Source of the DNA: Daphnia carinata
Taxonomy: Eukaryota
Assembly: GCF_022539665.2 (NCBI RefSeq)
Contig: NC_081332.1
Location: forward strand, 4,836,001 to 4,900,000
Length of the DNA: 64,000 nucleotides
Reading direction: 5' to 3'
The stretch's first letter is position 1, and every line of letters begins with the position of its first letter. Shown piece after piece: positions 1 to 15,086 of this stretch. The position numbers were made by a program, and so were the translations under genes. Below the pieces are notes generated by a model. That model saw only the letters and a list, made by a program, of their open reading frames with translations. It was not told the DNA's origin and did not search any database.

Positions 1-68
1 CAAAAAAACTAAAATTTCTCAACAGAAAAAAGTCGTGATATTCCGGAGGAGAAATGGAAAGTGGATAC

Positions 69-91
69 ATCTCTCTCTCTCTCTCTCTCTC
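69..91. repeat. (CT)n microsatellite
   Basis: About 11 consecutive CT units visible in the sequence. Confidence 0.9.
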
Positions 92-1635
92 CCCTTCGTT
101 CCTTTTTTTTTATTACAAAAACATGAAAACAAAAAAAAATATGACGTGCTGTAGCAAAATTTTGAGAGTGCACGTCTTAGTGGGCCTGGCTAAAATGAAC
201 GATTCTCGGAGCTAAAAGGGCGTGGTCATGAAAATAAGATTTCCCCATCCGCTACCCGGTTAGTTTCGCATGACCCACATATCATCGTGTATATACACAA
301 TTTTCTTTGCACAGAAAGAGGACCATCAGATGAAGTGATAATGTAACGATATAAATATAAACCGGTTGGGTTTGCCCCCCTTTTTTGCGGGATCCCGAAA
401 GCACGCTATCGAAAAAAAAAACATACAAACATAACGAGACACGAGTTGCCCGTATCGATGTGTAGTTTGTGTATATCAAACATGCGCACGAGTGAAAAGT
501 GTTTCCCTGTTTCCTGGGTGATATAGCTTTACTCATTAGAAAGTAGCCTATATATTTTTCAAAAAACCTTTTTAAAAATAAAAAGGAGAAAAACAACCGA
601 AAAAAACGAATTTTGCTATTTGATTTATTCAACTCTTTCCTCATGCCCTTTTAAGGCCACACATTTTTATCCGCCTCCGTTTTAAAAACCCGGCTAGTCA
701 ATTAGGAGTTCATAGACCTCCCAATGCGTGTTACTATTTAAGTGAATTAGATTACATCGCATCTAATTATCTATCACGTCCTACCTTATTTCTTCTTAGA
801 ACTCTTTTCAAAAAAGATGGGGTCAGGTAAAAAAGAGACAGCTTTCGTCCCTGTTTACGTCGATCGTACCATCTTCATGGGGGAAAGGGTAAGCAAAAGA
901 AACAAAAATTTTCCAAAATATGACGTAATTACCGAAACCTTGGAAAGTGATAGTCAATTGTTTTTTTTGCGGCTTCCTTAGAAAAAGCCTATTAAACTCT
1001 CACTCTCTCTGGCCCCTATTCATAGTAGAGTCGAACAAAAGATTTAATAACAATCAAAGAAGCACATTAAGCCCCAAAAAAAAAGAAATAAATACGAAAA
1101 CCACATCAACATTAGACCCCACCCACGTCTGCATGAATAACAAAATTCTTATGGGGCCGCTGATGCTCGCACGGCGGAACAGAAGCATCACGACCATAGC
1201 CGATTACATCAACCTTGGCGGTTATAACAATGCGCGGTTTAACAAAAACTTTTCGCTTTCGTCATATCAACATTTTCTCTCTGTCGTCATTGTAGAGCAA
1301 CAGGTTCTGTTTTTCGAGGTGTCTTCTGATGGCCGACTAACCGCATTCATTTTGAACCCCCCCCCTTCTCTTTAATTTTGTTTTTAACTGAATACAATTC
1401 TGAATAGGTGCGTAGTGTATTTTGTTAAAAGTCTACTTCAACAACAAAAACAATGAAACAATAACAATTTCTGCAGCGATTCAAATTGCGTCAACGCAAA
1501 GTGAATGCCGATTATACGAAAAATTCTATATAAGTATGTAAAGTATGGAACTGAGAGTTCACAAAAAAAAAAAAAATCTTAATAACTGCATAAGTTATTG
1601 AGGTCCAAATTCGGTCGATCTATTTTTCCTTTCGT

Positions 1636-2978
1636 TTACCACCATCGCTCCACCTGTCTGCGAATTGTGGCACGGCGGCCGGTGCGGCGGCCATTGCGAT
1701 AAGCAGCTGGAATAGGTAAAGGTCCATCAAATTCGATGACGTCATTGAAATCCTCTTCCACGGCAGCTTCGGGAGTAGGTGCAGGAAATTCAACGATCCT
1801 AGCACGAACGGGAGCGTTGAATTTTTCGGGTTTCGGCAACGATTCTGAAATGATGCGCAGCAAAGATTCAGAAGGTGCGGAAGGCGATTCAGCGACCAAT
1901 TTCTCGGGAGTAGGAAGCGATTCGGCTGGGACGAAAGGTTCAACAGATCGTGCTCTATTCGGGGCTCGAGGTGCAGTTTTATACTGGGCTGAATATTTAA
2001 CTGGAAGGACGGTAGCCTTCGGTGTGGGCGGTGCGGGACTGGGACGCGTGTAAACGGCTTTGATTTCCTTGTCCGCGTTCGCTCTGACATCCTGATCGAT
2101 CTTGATTTCGTGATTGCTTTTGACCTCCTGGTTGATCTTAACAATTTCTTGATTGATTTTAATGACCTGATTGACTTTAGCTGCCTGGCTGGAAGCAGAA
2201 ACGGGAGTCCTTTTGCCTTTATTGTCCTTGATATCGTTGGTTGGGACGTAATCCGGGTATTTCGCGTCACCTTCATAGCTGACTTGCATGATGTTACCAG
2301 TCTCAGGTGCTGACCTGTAATTAACGAGCTGGACACGACCATCGGGCAAGCTGACTCGATAAGATCCCGTCACCACATCACCATCGCGTTTCTCCTGCTG
2401 TTCGAAATCGTTGAACGTGTCCTGATCCTTGATGACGTAGCCAAATGAATATGATCTTGTGTTCTTCTGATTTCCAATAGATCGAACAGCCTGGATCTTT
2501 AATTTCAATAAGGATAAAGCCTTAAGGATATATTTTTATCTTGTCATTTAGTATTTTTACCTTGACTTTTTGGGAGTCTTCTTGTCTGGCTTCGTTCTTG
2601 CTCTCGGGATTAATTTCTTCTTTAATTAATGGCTTTGCTACCTGTCTGACAAACGGACGTTTGATCTCCGGTTTAACCTCCTCTCTGGTTTCTTCCTTGG
2701 CGATGTTTAATTGCCTGGATGCTGATGGTGTAATCACTACCGGATTGACAGGAGCTTCCCTTTTGATGGTTGAATACGGCCGGGCAATAGGAATCTTAAA
2801 TTCAGGGTGATAAATCCTGATGGAAGGATAAGTAGTGGGACGCGGCGATCGTTGCTGAGCGTCGCCACTGGCGGATGCTACAACGATGACGACAATAAAT
2901 GCCAAGATCTACAAAAAAAATCCAGGGTAAAGGAAAAGATGTCTTGAATTGAAACAAAATTAAAATGACTACCTTCAT
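1636..2978 (-). CDS. Cuticular protein with chitin-binding R&R domain (RR-2/pro-resilin-like); 3 exons: 2978-2973, 2908-2561, 2490-1636
   Basis: ATGAAG|GT mini-exon, then signal peptide ILAFIVVIVVASASG. R&R consensus YSFGYVIKDQDTFNDFEQQEKRDGDVVTGSYRVSLPDGRVQLVNY. Both GT-AG introns keep the frame. Confidence 0.9.
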
Positions 2979-3045
2979 CCTGATGTGTTTGGCTAGGAAA
3001 GGTTGAAACGATTGTGACGATTGAACTGTGTCGACTCTGTGTGTC

Positions 3046-3052
3046 TTATATA
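3046..3052 (-). promoter_or_regulatory. TATA box (TATATAA) of the cuticle protein gene
   Basis: TTATATA on the + strand, about 70 nt upstream of the ATG at 2978. Confidence 0.7.
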
Positions 3053-5015
3053 TGCGGCCGATGGCCAGTGATGGCTTCAATCCGGAATTGGGCGTTTCTA
3101 CGTCCATCTATCTAAGTTGCAACACGTGCTATAGGATACACCCGAAGAGCCAATTCTATTGTAGAACTGGAATTGAGAAAGAAAAAAAATAACACGCGTT
3201 CAAAGGGAAGAACAACTGAATATAAAAACAGGTTTTTTAATAATGATCTTGTTTCCCTTTTTTTTTTTTCTTTTCAATTTGGTCTTTTTTTTGTTATCTG
3301 GAGAACTTACAGAATGTGAAACGACATTCGCCCTTTCGACCGGTGTAGTAGCATCCAACGAGAGAGTAGCGCATCCACATCTCCTCCTTTCACCGCCCGC
3401 TCTTGCGCGTACCTCCGCGCGGTGTCAAGAAGCGCTACATTTCGATGGATTCCGCCTTCGTTCTTTTTGCTTTAGCGAGGAGAAAGTGGGAGAAACGAAC
3501 GTGAGATAATAACGAAAAGGAGAAAATGAACTAAATCTGTCGCCAGACAGACGACAGGTTTTTTTTTTTCGTACCTGAAATTGAACACATCGTTCGTGAA
3601 GAATCTCGATCCGTTTTTGACCAAACGATATCTATGTCACATCTTTACCTCACAGGTGATGGGACAGTTTGGGAAAGTTGGCGATGCCAAAACAAGAGAC
3701 TGTAGTACCCCCACCAATTGTGTTTCTATTGTTTATTTAAACTTTGCCTTAACTTCTAACGAACGCATTCAACGTGTCCCGCATTCATATTGCGATTGAT
3801 TATCATCGTGAATTTGTTTTTTTGGGTTTCGGATGTCGTCACATTCGGCCCACATCCATCATTACAAGCTTTAAATGGATCATGATTGAGGCCCTCACAC
3901 ACAATCAATTTATTCGACCATTTCTTTTGGGGAGGAGCGGACATTGTCCTACGATCGTCCCGCATGATTCGTGATTGTTCAGTCATCACCGCCATCACCA
4001 AAATTGATTGTAAAAAAGTGAAAAGTCTCAGTCGATTTCCTTGTAATGATTGATATCTATGCATACCTAACGCCCTTTTATTTGATAATAATTTTTTTAA
4101 TCAATAGAGCGCTGGATTTTCACGGAATTCATTTGCTCGGTGTCCATCGTAAAACGTTAATCGTCACGCTATAAATGACTCATTAGTAACGCGGACCAGA
4201 TGATGATGCTAAGAAGTTAAAAGGGGTCGACATGTTTTGTTTTGAATGTTTTAACTCGTATGTCGGGTAGAGCAGTTTTAGGGCAACGTCCAGGTTCTTT
4301 GCGACTTTCTATTAGAGCAGACAGCAACATCAGGCTTTCTTTTTTGTTTCCGTGGTTGCTACAGTACAAATATTGTATGCTAAATATTTTGTTTCTCTCG
4401 TGTAATAGCTTAGACGATGTCATCGTTTGATAGTCCGTGCAGACAGCAACGTCTGGACGATTGCAATGTCCTCATTGTTCTAGTGACATAAGCCTAACTA
4501 ATGGACCTCATTAAAGAGGACAAATCAATAGCCAGTTTCTTGAAGGTATTTATTCGAAGTATTTGAAAAGAATGTATTACTCATTAAATTCCCAAATAAA
4601 TCGAACGTGAGTGAAAACAAACAATGTCTGTATGTCTGGGTATTCGCTGATGATCGGGTAATTACGTCCCGATAGCCGAATGACCTAATAAAACGAACGG
4701 TGAAATCGAAGAGGTCGGCCGCTTATGTCTCGTCCAACTATTGCGTAATAATGAAACTCCTCGTTCTATAGGCAACACTATCACCCAGTTGTTTTTTTTT
4801 GAAAACCTGACTAGACAATGCAAAATGTATGGGTAAAATAAAAAATTCACGATACCCAATTCTCTAATGATGCGAGTGAAAGCGTTTTCGGTTTAGCCCT
4901 TTGCCACGACTCTATTATCACGCGTGTTTTAGTTTACACGTTTCATCCGCATGGAAATTCCAGCGGTTGTTGTGCCTCGATTTCCCTTCTCCCCATTTAA
5001 ATAATTATACGTACA

Positions 5016-5340
5016 CCAAGGTCAAGATCGTTGGCATAGAAAAAGTAGGCCTGATGTTTCTCATTTCACAATGGTTTTTCACTTTCTGGTTAAAAGGCCT
5101 AACATCTGCCCATGTAAAAATGAAAGCATTTCAATCATGTAGAGGCCTATGTCCAGTATATTTTTCAAAAGAATAAGCCACGATTTACTAATTGAATAGC
5201 ATGATGACAATGCAATCATATTCACCTGCCAAGGTCAGAATCTTTTCCTACTCACTTGAATAGGACAGGAGCGAAATTGACCCAGTTCGTCCAGCCATCG
5301 GGTTCATTGAATTTTCTGAAATGAAAATCGTAAACCGGTT
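5016..5340. promoter_or_regulatory. Candidate epidermal enhancer: two FTZ-F1/NR5A sites (CCAAGGTCA at 5016 and 5229) and a Grainy head site (AACCGGTT at 5333)
   Basis: Exact consensus matches within 330 nt, between two divergent secreted-protein genes. Confidence 0.4.
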
Positions 5341-6628
5341 GGAATTTCAATTTCCTACATAATCTCCGAAAGGAAACTCTATTTTTTTTTTATATACTCT
5401 CATGGAACAGAGGCTAGACGGTACAAAATGTGCACGCGGATGCCACCTATTGCCGGAACCTACCAAACTACTTATTATTACCGATATCGGTCACGTTTTT
5501 TTCAGGCAATCGAATCCAATGGCTACAGCTATTATTATCTATTGTAAGGTCTAATCATGCCGTACCTTCAAATAAATCGAGAATTAATTTTAAAGCCCCT
5601 CAAGTGGACAGAAGGCTTGTTAAAAGACTCGTTTCATATACAAACAAACGCGAGTTAAAAAAGCCTTACATGTACAAGAACAGGATTATCGCTTAACGTG
5701 TACATATCCTAACTGGTGAAACTGTTCCAGGAGGAACCACGGAAAAGAGAGAGAGAGAGCAGGAGAAAGCAGCACCTTTCTTTTGTTTGCCTTTTGGTGT
5801 CCCTCGTGTGAGATGTTTTCTCAAAAATAGAAAAAAAGGTAAGTTTTCCCCAAGAATAGCAAAAACCTTCTATATAGCGTGTGTTTTGTACATCTCTCCG
5901 AAATGCCATCGGAGTGGAAAAAGTACTCAAATGATTTCAACTAGAAAAACAGACCCATCTTTTTTTTTTCTCTGACTTTCATTTTATTTCTTTTAAAAAT
6001 CTCTCGTTTTTTCTTATCGCTCTCTTGAATCTGGTTCCTCCGGTGCAACACTTGAAACGCAAACAGAAAAGAGTCGGTTGATGACTCGAGTTTTTTTTTC
6101 TTCTACTTCAGCAGCTCGGTCATAATCTTCCTGCTCGTTAAAAGAAAAAAAACCACGGCCATTTAACCTGTCGGATTGCGTCCTCGATGTAGAAGAAGAT
6201 GTGGTGTGTATACTCAGGCAGGTGTACGATGACACAGGTGAAAACGCTGATGGGCATTTTTCTGTTTGCCCATCCATCGCCGCTTGTTATCTTCCTTCCC
6301 TTGTTTTTACCCTCTTCATGGGCCTTTTGTTATTGTGGGAAAAGCATTTTCACTTTTTACGGGATTGAGCATTGTTTTGTTCCGAGTTTTTTGTGGTGTG
6401 TGTGTGTTTATGTGAGGGTGTGTTATTTCTTTTAGCTTAGACAAGCGGAGAAAGTCAGAGAGTGGTCCTGCATGAGCGTACGGCAATTAATGAGTCGTCG
6501 TAAACCGGTCGAGGTGAAAGTGAACAATGGCATATCCTTCCCCTCGATATTTTCTTTGCTGGCCGGTCGTACATTTTATTTCGCCTGGCTGGACGTACGC
6601 TACCAGCAGCTGCTATGGGCTCGGGCTC

Positions 6629-6635
6629 TATATAA
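6629..6635 (+). promoter_or_regulatory. TATA box (TATATAA) of the small secreted protein gene
   Basis: About 85 nt upstream of the ATG at 6718. Confidence 0.7.
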
Positions 6636-6717
6636 GAGCACTACGTTGGTCTTCAAGCACAGCTCATTCATCGTTTATTTGTCGACCAACCCTCTCGTAA
6701 GCAAGTTCCATTTCACG

Positions 6718-7209
6718 ATGAAGGTAAACATTTTTTTGAAAGTGTGCGACACATTGCCCAGGAAAAAAAACAAAACACATTTCTGTTTTTAAACAAGGTG
6801 CTCCTCATTTGCGCTGTTGGATGCTGGATGATGTCTTCGGTGGTATCGATGCCAGTAGCTCAGAAATCATCCCTCGATCATTTAATTATCCCCTACGAGA
6901 ATTCACCAGTTGATTACGGCGTGTTCTCATCTGATCAAGGCTCACAATATCAAGACGAACCGACAGTAAGTATTGATCGTTTAACAACGAAATATTATTG
7001 ATGTTATTGTTTGTTTGAATTCGTAGGTGATCACCACCTACAATGTAGGCACGTTCAGACAAGGTGATTTCTTGACAGTGCCTCTTGGTGCTTCGTACAC
7101 AGTTGGAGGTCCCGATCATCAGAATCGTTTGAAGAAAGGGATCGTCGTTGGAACCAAGCGTTTCTCGCTGACTAACACCGCTGGCTATCGACCTGGCATT
7201 GTTTTGTAA
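6718..7209 (+). CDS. Small secreted protein of unknown function (~118 aa); exons 6718-6723, 6798-6965, 7027-7209
   Basis: TATA box, ATGAAG|GTAAAC mini-exon, signal peptide MKVLLICAVGCWMMSSVVS, two phase-0 GT-AG introns, stop at 7209. Confidence 0.75.
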
Positions 7210-9277
7210 ATCACTGATAAAACACACAGACCTTTTGATTTCGAGTACCGAACTTTTGTATAGATTTCATATGCGTGTTGGAGTGCACGTCATTTTGTTT
7301 TTCACGACTTTTTTTTATGTCAACGTCTATTTTGCTCAGGTAAGCAAGAAGGCATTTCCCCTTAAATGTACAACGGTGTGTTACAACTGCCCATATCCTC
7401 AATACACAAGATCATTTTTGAAAACGATTTGAACAAATGACGCCATTAATCTATTGAATTTTGTCTTTTGGTGTGGCGATCAGCAGATATTTTTTCACGC
7501 ACGAAGCGTCTGTAGTATGCTATCATCCAGTGGCTTGTGATCCTTGTTACGACATTCTCTTATGTGTTTTGCGGTGACTACAGATATCCGCACTTGGTGA
7601 GTTTCTTTCAATGCCAAACACGTCCGTGTGGGTTGTGGCTGCGGCTGTAAGTCGACATAACACACACCAAAAAAAAAAAATTTCGTGATTACACGAGATT
7701 GATAAGTACGACAGCAAAAAATATATATATTGAAAGGCAACCGATGCTCTTTTTTTTAAGTACTTGGACACGCGCTGACGACAACGATCAATAAATAAAA
7801 TGCACGTCCTTGGTTGCACGAACGCGCAATCCAAACGCGCAGGTATTGTGTGGTATAGTTAAAAAAAAGGGCCACCAAACGCAGCAGTAGGTCTCGAAAC
7901 AGCTGTTCCACATGGTCTGTCACGACTAAAAGTCTCTGTATGTGTACACTTTCATCGTGGATCGATTTCTATTTATTCTGTCCAGCGTGAAAGGCGACAC
8001 AAGAAGAGGACTTTTACAAGGTAAGAGAAAAAAGAAAAACTGGAACTTGTTACATACCAACAGCGGGGGAAAACTTAAACAAACGAATATTGAATGCTAC
8101 GACACGACGGGAAACCTTACAATTTTCTCAGTGACATATTTAGCTTGGTTCGCGTTAGGAGCCAATCTTCTGTGACGATGAGCAACTCGAACGAGCAATT
8201 ATATGTCGGTCGGTTTTTTTGATGAGACACAGAAAGAACGTCACGGTCATGTGTGAAAGCTTCGCTTTCATTTTGACGTGTAGACAGTGTTATAGTCCAT
8301 TTAAAGTTGTTGTCCAGGTCTTGCTATTCGATTCAAGATTCGTTGTCAACTGTTGAATCTTTCACGACTTTCTACCCTTCTGTCGACTACCGAATCAGGC
8401 TCGCACTCGACGCACGGAATGTTAAGGCGAAGGAGATACACATCACAAGACTCGTCTTTCCTTGTTTTCACTTCTGCTTAGAGTCGTGATTGCTTTTCAG
8501 TTTTATTGGCTGAGTTTGCAATAGAATTACAAGGGGATTTTGCATTCGAATTAATGTTATCCGGTCAGTGAACACTAGCCACGTAAGGTAATTCGCTCTC
8601 GTCTTAAACATTGTGTTTTCTTTTTAATTAATTGCACCTGTTCTCTGAATTAAATTTTAATGAAAAATAGTGGCGTGAGTGATTCGTTTTCTAATCCTTT
8701 GTTTCTGCTCTCGATCCATATCGATGGGATGTGATGGGCAAGTTGATTGCTTTCTCATTCCATCAACAGGTGCCAACATTTGTTTGTCTGACACGTACCA
8801 CTATTAATCACTACCTTAAGGTCTGGAACTTTGGGGCTTGTTCGACCTTCAACGTCTTTATTGAAGGGCAATCACCTTTTCTTATTTATCGATAGCCATA
8901 TATATATAAAGACATCGCTCTTCCATTGTAAAAGCAAGTTAGTTGATCAGAGTTAATCAACTGATTAACACCGTGACGAACACGTCTGTTGCTCCCAAAC
9001 ACGAAATCCCGTTTCGGCTGACTGATTTTCCCAGCTGGCCTTTTCTAATAATGGCTAATTCAACGTTCGTATATCCATGTTGCTTAAGATTTATTTACAC
9101 CACAATAATACTTTAATAACTAGTTAACGGTTCATCGACGTACGTCTTTAGTCATTAGCTTCTATTTTGATGTTTAATTATTTTAGAGAAACTCAACCGC
9201 CATCAGTTGCACAAGGATCCATTGCCACTGGAAATTCGGGACTTGGCAATCCTTCCGGAGACGATAATCCAAAAGAA

Positions 9278-11548
9278 ATGGGCGGACTACGTAACCGGTT
9301 ATTATGCCGTTTCGTTAGCTCGACGTGCTTCCAGATGAACCGGCGCAAAAAATTGGGAGAAAATCTTATGGAAACACCTTTGCGAAGATGTCTGTCAACT
9401 TTAGACATAACAATGCTCGGTATACCCGTTATAAAACTATAGGCGTTTAGTTTCAAATTAAGCCCGACAATCATCCTCAGGTATTGGACATATGGTCGGA
9501 GCCGGTATTTATGTCTTGACTGGTACCGTGGCTCATAGTATGGCCGGTCCGGCCATTATTTTGAGCTTTCTCATAGCCGGTTTCGCTTCCGTTTTGGCCG
9601 CTTTGTGCTACGCCGAATTCGGTAGCCGGGTACCAAAGGCCGGTTCTGCTTATGTTTACACTTATGTCACAATCGGAGAATTCTGGGCGTTTGTCATCGG
9701 CTGGAACATACTTCTAGAGCATATGATAGGTAATTCAAGATCAGGTTTATATTATATTAATACATTTCATTACGTGAACGGGTTATGTACAGGTGCGGCT
9801 TCAGTGGCCAGAGCATGGAGTGGCTACGTGGATGCGTTAGCTGGAGGAGTAATCGCTAATGCAACCGCCGGAGTTTTCGGTGAAATTCACAACGACATGA
9901 TGGCCAAAACACCAGATTTCTTAGCCTTTGCAGTTTGTCTGGCTTATTGCGGGTTATCTACTTTGGGAGTCAAAGGCTCTTCCTACTTTAACAGCTTCTT
10001 CACTATGGTACGATTAATTCACGTTTTTAATCTTTTATTACATTTTAAAAAATGGTTTATCACTTTGGCAGATAAACATTGCGGTCGTTGTCTTTGTCAG
10101 TGGATTCGGTTTCTATTGGGCTGATTACCACAACTGGACTGATTACGGTGGGTTCACGCCCTTTGGGTTCTCGGGCATCTTAAGCGGGGCGGCTACCTGT
10201 TTCTACGCGTACGTGGGGTTCGACAGCATCGCCACCTCGGGAGAAGAGGCTCGTGACCCAAGTTTCTCTATCCCGGTGGCAACTTTCGTTTCGATGAGCG
10301 TCGTTTCGGTGGGTTACATGTGCGTTTCGGCTGCTCTCACGCTGATGGTGCCCTATACGCTCATCAACCCGACGGCTGCTTTACCTGACGCTTTCGCCTC
10401 TCACGGCATCACCTGGGCTCGAATCATCATCAGCGTCGGTGCGCTGGCCGGCATGACGACCACACTTTTCGGATCCCTGTTTTCTCTTCCACGTGGAGTC
10501 TACTCCATGGCGCAAGACGGTCTCCTCTTTAAAGTATTCGCCAAAGTCAGTGAGAAGACCCAAGTGCCGCTCGTCACTATTGGCGTCTGCGGCTTCTTGA
10601 GCGCCCTTGTGGCCCTTTTCTTCGATATTGAAAAATTGGTCGAGTTCATGTCGATTGGCACTCTTATGGCCTACACGATTGTTTCGGCAGCTGTTATTAT
10701 CCTACGCTATCGCCCGCTTGTCAACAAATCTGATGTACTCCCGTTAACGGAGAGCCCAACGTCACCTGGAAGTGCCAAGGATTTTGTCGATGTTTGTTTA
10801 AATTAACTTTGGTGTGTGTCTGCGGCATGAATGATTATTTGATTTTGTGATAGATGTTGAATGAAGCAGGACGATTGAAGCCGAAATTCTACTGGATTGA
10901 AAGAATTATTGGCAGCTATGAACCGGGTGTTCTTCCAGCCACTTGTGTCTTTATTTTCACCGTCAGCTGCGCGTGCATTTTCGCTATTCTTCAATGGGGA
11001 GGAAGGGCCGTCTACCATCCAAACGGTCCAGAATGGTGGCTGGCTGTATTACTAACTTTCCTCGTTGCAGTTTCTCTCATTAGTGAGTCCATCACGGTTG
11101 CATTGTTTTTATCTTATTTATCGCTAATTTTTCTTTGTTGGTCTTCAATTAATTATTTAGCACTAGTCCTTATTGCTGTTCACAATCAGTCGACCGAAGG
11201 TTTACGATTCAAAGTTCCTTGGGTTCCGACTCTTCCGGCTCTATCCATCGCAGCTAATGTCGCTCTTATGGTGAATTTAAATCCGATGACGTGGGTTCGT
11301 TTCGCCATTTGGATGTCTATAGGTATGTGCATAACATTGCTATACATCTGGATCCCGTGAAATGATGATCAAAATGATGTGTAGGTTTTGTGATTTACTT
11401 TGCTTACGGAATGCGTCACAGCAAGGAAAACGCCACAGTCAGCTCTTACTCTGGCTTACTGAAATCCAACTCGCGTACGGGCGAGTGGGGTTCCACTCTG
11501 ACGGCCAAGGATCTTCCTAGTACACCTTCCTCTCAAACAGAAAATTAA
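9278..11548 (+). CDS. SLC7A4: Cationic amino acid transporter, CAT-4-like (APC superfamily), multi-exon
   Basis: METPLRRCLSTLDITMLG|IGHMVGAGIYVLTG, LCYAEFGSRVPKAGSAYVYTY, GFDSIATSGEEA, FKVPWVPTLPALS and YFAYGMRHS motifs. The start may extend further upstream (open exon from ~9187). Confidence 0.9.
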
Positions 11549-11743
11549 AACGCTATTTTAAAAGTCGCTATACCTACGTCAATGTTTAAAGTTTAGATCT
11601 ATTTAAAAAGAGAAATTCGTTCTTAACTATTCAGTCACCTTTCACATTGTATTACGGGCCACTGCAAAAAAAGAGGAGAGAAAATGGCCGGAATACACGT
11701 ATTATATGCAACAGGCAATCCGTTTAACCGCGTCTTTTGAAAT

Positions 11744-13486
<1,743 letters not shown>

Positions 13487-13824
13487 TTTCACGGGTTTTT
13501 TTTTCGACTTATTAAGAAGAAATATTCTACACAGCAGCAGAGGAACTATTTCGCTTCGTGACAAGCCGAAAATTTTGTATAACAAAATGAATACGGACTT
13601 GAAGTATCTTCTGACTATGTGGTTTCGACGTTGGTGCTGACGAAATTATCTTATTTGATGGATTTACTAAATTAATATTCTAGTAACTTCAGCAGTAGTT
13701 TAAGCATCGATCATTTATTTTTATCTATTTGTGCTTAAGGCCATTCTATAGCTACTTAAATACAATTATAAGCGTCGTCTTTGTAAGCATACCACACACA
13801 GCAACAAACAGCATTTGTCAAATT

Positions 13825-15086
13825 TCAATACTTTTGTAGTTCCGCGTAAATGACAGAATTTTCCTGATTTACAATGCCATGTGATTGTCTGGCAGGAAAA
13901 CTTCTTCCCGCAGCCTCACCCTCCTGGTTCACATTATTCGGAGCTAAATCTAATTCAGCGTAAATGGTTTCCTTATTATACACAACAGGGATAATGTTTT
14001 CGTAAAGGTCGTTTTGCGGTGGTACTTGATTCTGGCGTCTTGACAACGACATATCTCTGTAGAAGAATGCATTATCTAATATATCTTGATTGTTTTTGCT
14101 TCCAAGACATTTCATAATCTTGGATCTGGAATTTTTAAAAACGAGTTTATGACGAAGATTTGAATGACACTGAAAAACATTTGCATACCTTTGGGTGAAA
14201 AGTATTGCGCAACCCACTAGGATAAATACAACTGCGGCGGCTGCCAAAGAAAACCAAATAATAAGGTAGTTGTACTCCTGATTTAGGCTTCCTTCGTTTA
14301 GGTTTATTGCTGAATTGTTTTCGTGACCAGGAAGTTCAACTTTCGGTGGTGAATAAGAAACATTTGGTGGTCCAGCTATTGGTGTAGTCGGCCAAGTACT
14401 CCGGTATGTACTTGCTGCGTATGGTTTTATTTCCCTTATGTATTCTGTTATGTGATGAAAATTAAAAATTACTAAGGCTTATTCACCAAGGCCTTTTGTT
14501 GAAAGAGTTTAGTAGCATATTGCTGACTTTTACTCACGGCAAATCGGATTTGCATTACAGGCGTTTGCATACTTTCGAAGGTAATATCGATCTATAACGG
14601 AACAAGAAAACACTTCCAGATCCAAGTACAAGGTTTCATTTGCTCCTAGAACTTTCTCCAGAGTAATGCTGCCTTTTCCAACGTTGAGATCTTTAGTAAC
14701 ATTCGTAGATCTATGAAGTTGACTGCACCCATATGGATCTAAATTGCCATTTTGATTATGATAAAAATATGCATTATTACTTCAGAAAAATCAGGGATTT
14801 AACTTACAACAACCAATGCAGTGGGTCACATTGCGATAACGATAGCCACAGTCAGTGTTTAACTGCTTCCAAATATGGAATGGACCGACGCAAGTAGCTA
14901 CCTGTTCAGTTTGGGCGAGATTTCTAATAAAGTGCAAATACATGACCGGAGGGTTTTCGGCACAAACGCTCCAACCTGCTAAGTTAAAAAAAAAATGAAC
15001 TATTATGCTTTATAAAATTTTTGATTAAAAAAAGGTTTTTAACACGTAAACATACCAATACTGAGCAGGAAGGCGAGTGTTGTCAT
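13825..15086 (-). CDS. Orphan type-I transmembrane protein: signal peptide, 8-Cys ectodomain, P/T/S-rich stalk, TM helix, tail with two ITIM-like motifs
   Basis: Reconstructed exons at about 15086-15056, 14978-14808, 14738-14538 and 14444-13825, with a possible in-frame intron at ~14188-14126. All junctions are GT-AG and frame-preserving. TM segment YLIIWFSLAAAAVVFILVGCAILF; tail motifs TIYAEL and VIYAEL. Confidence 0.75.

Noticed and set aside
282..1375. ORFs of 120 aa and 142 aa near the window start
   Set aside because: Low-complexity, F/K-rich translations of AT-rich intergenic DNA; no motifs or splice chain.
1620..2342. Alternative-frame 240-aa ORF over the cuticle gene, and similar antisense or shifted ORFs over other exons
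   Set aside because: By-products of codon bias in real exons; no independent start context or motifs.
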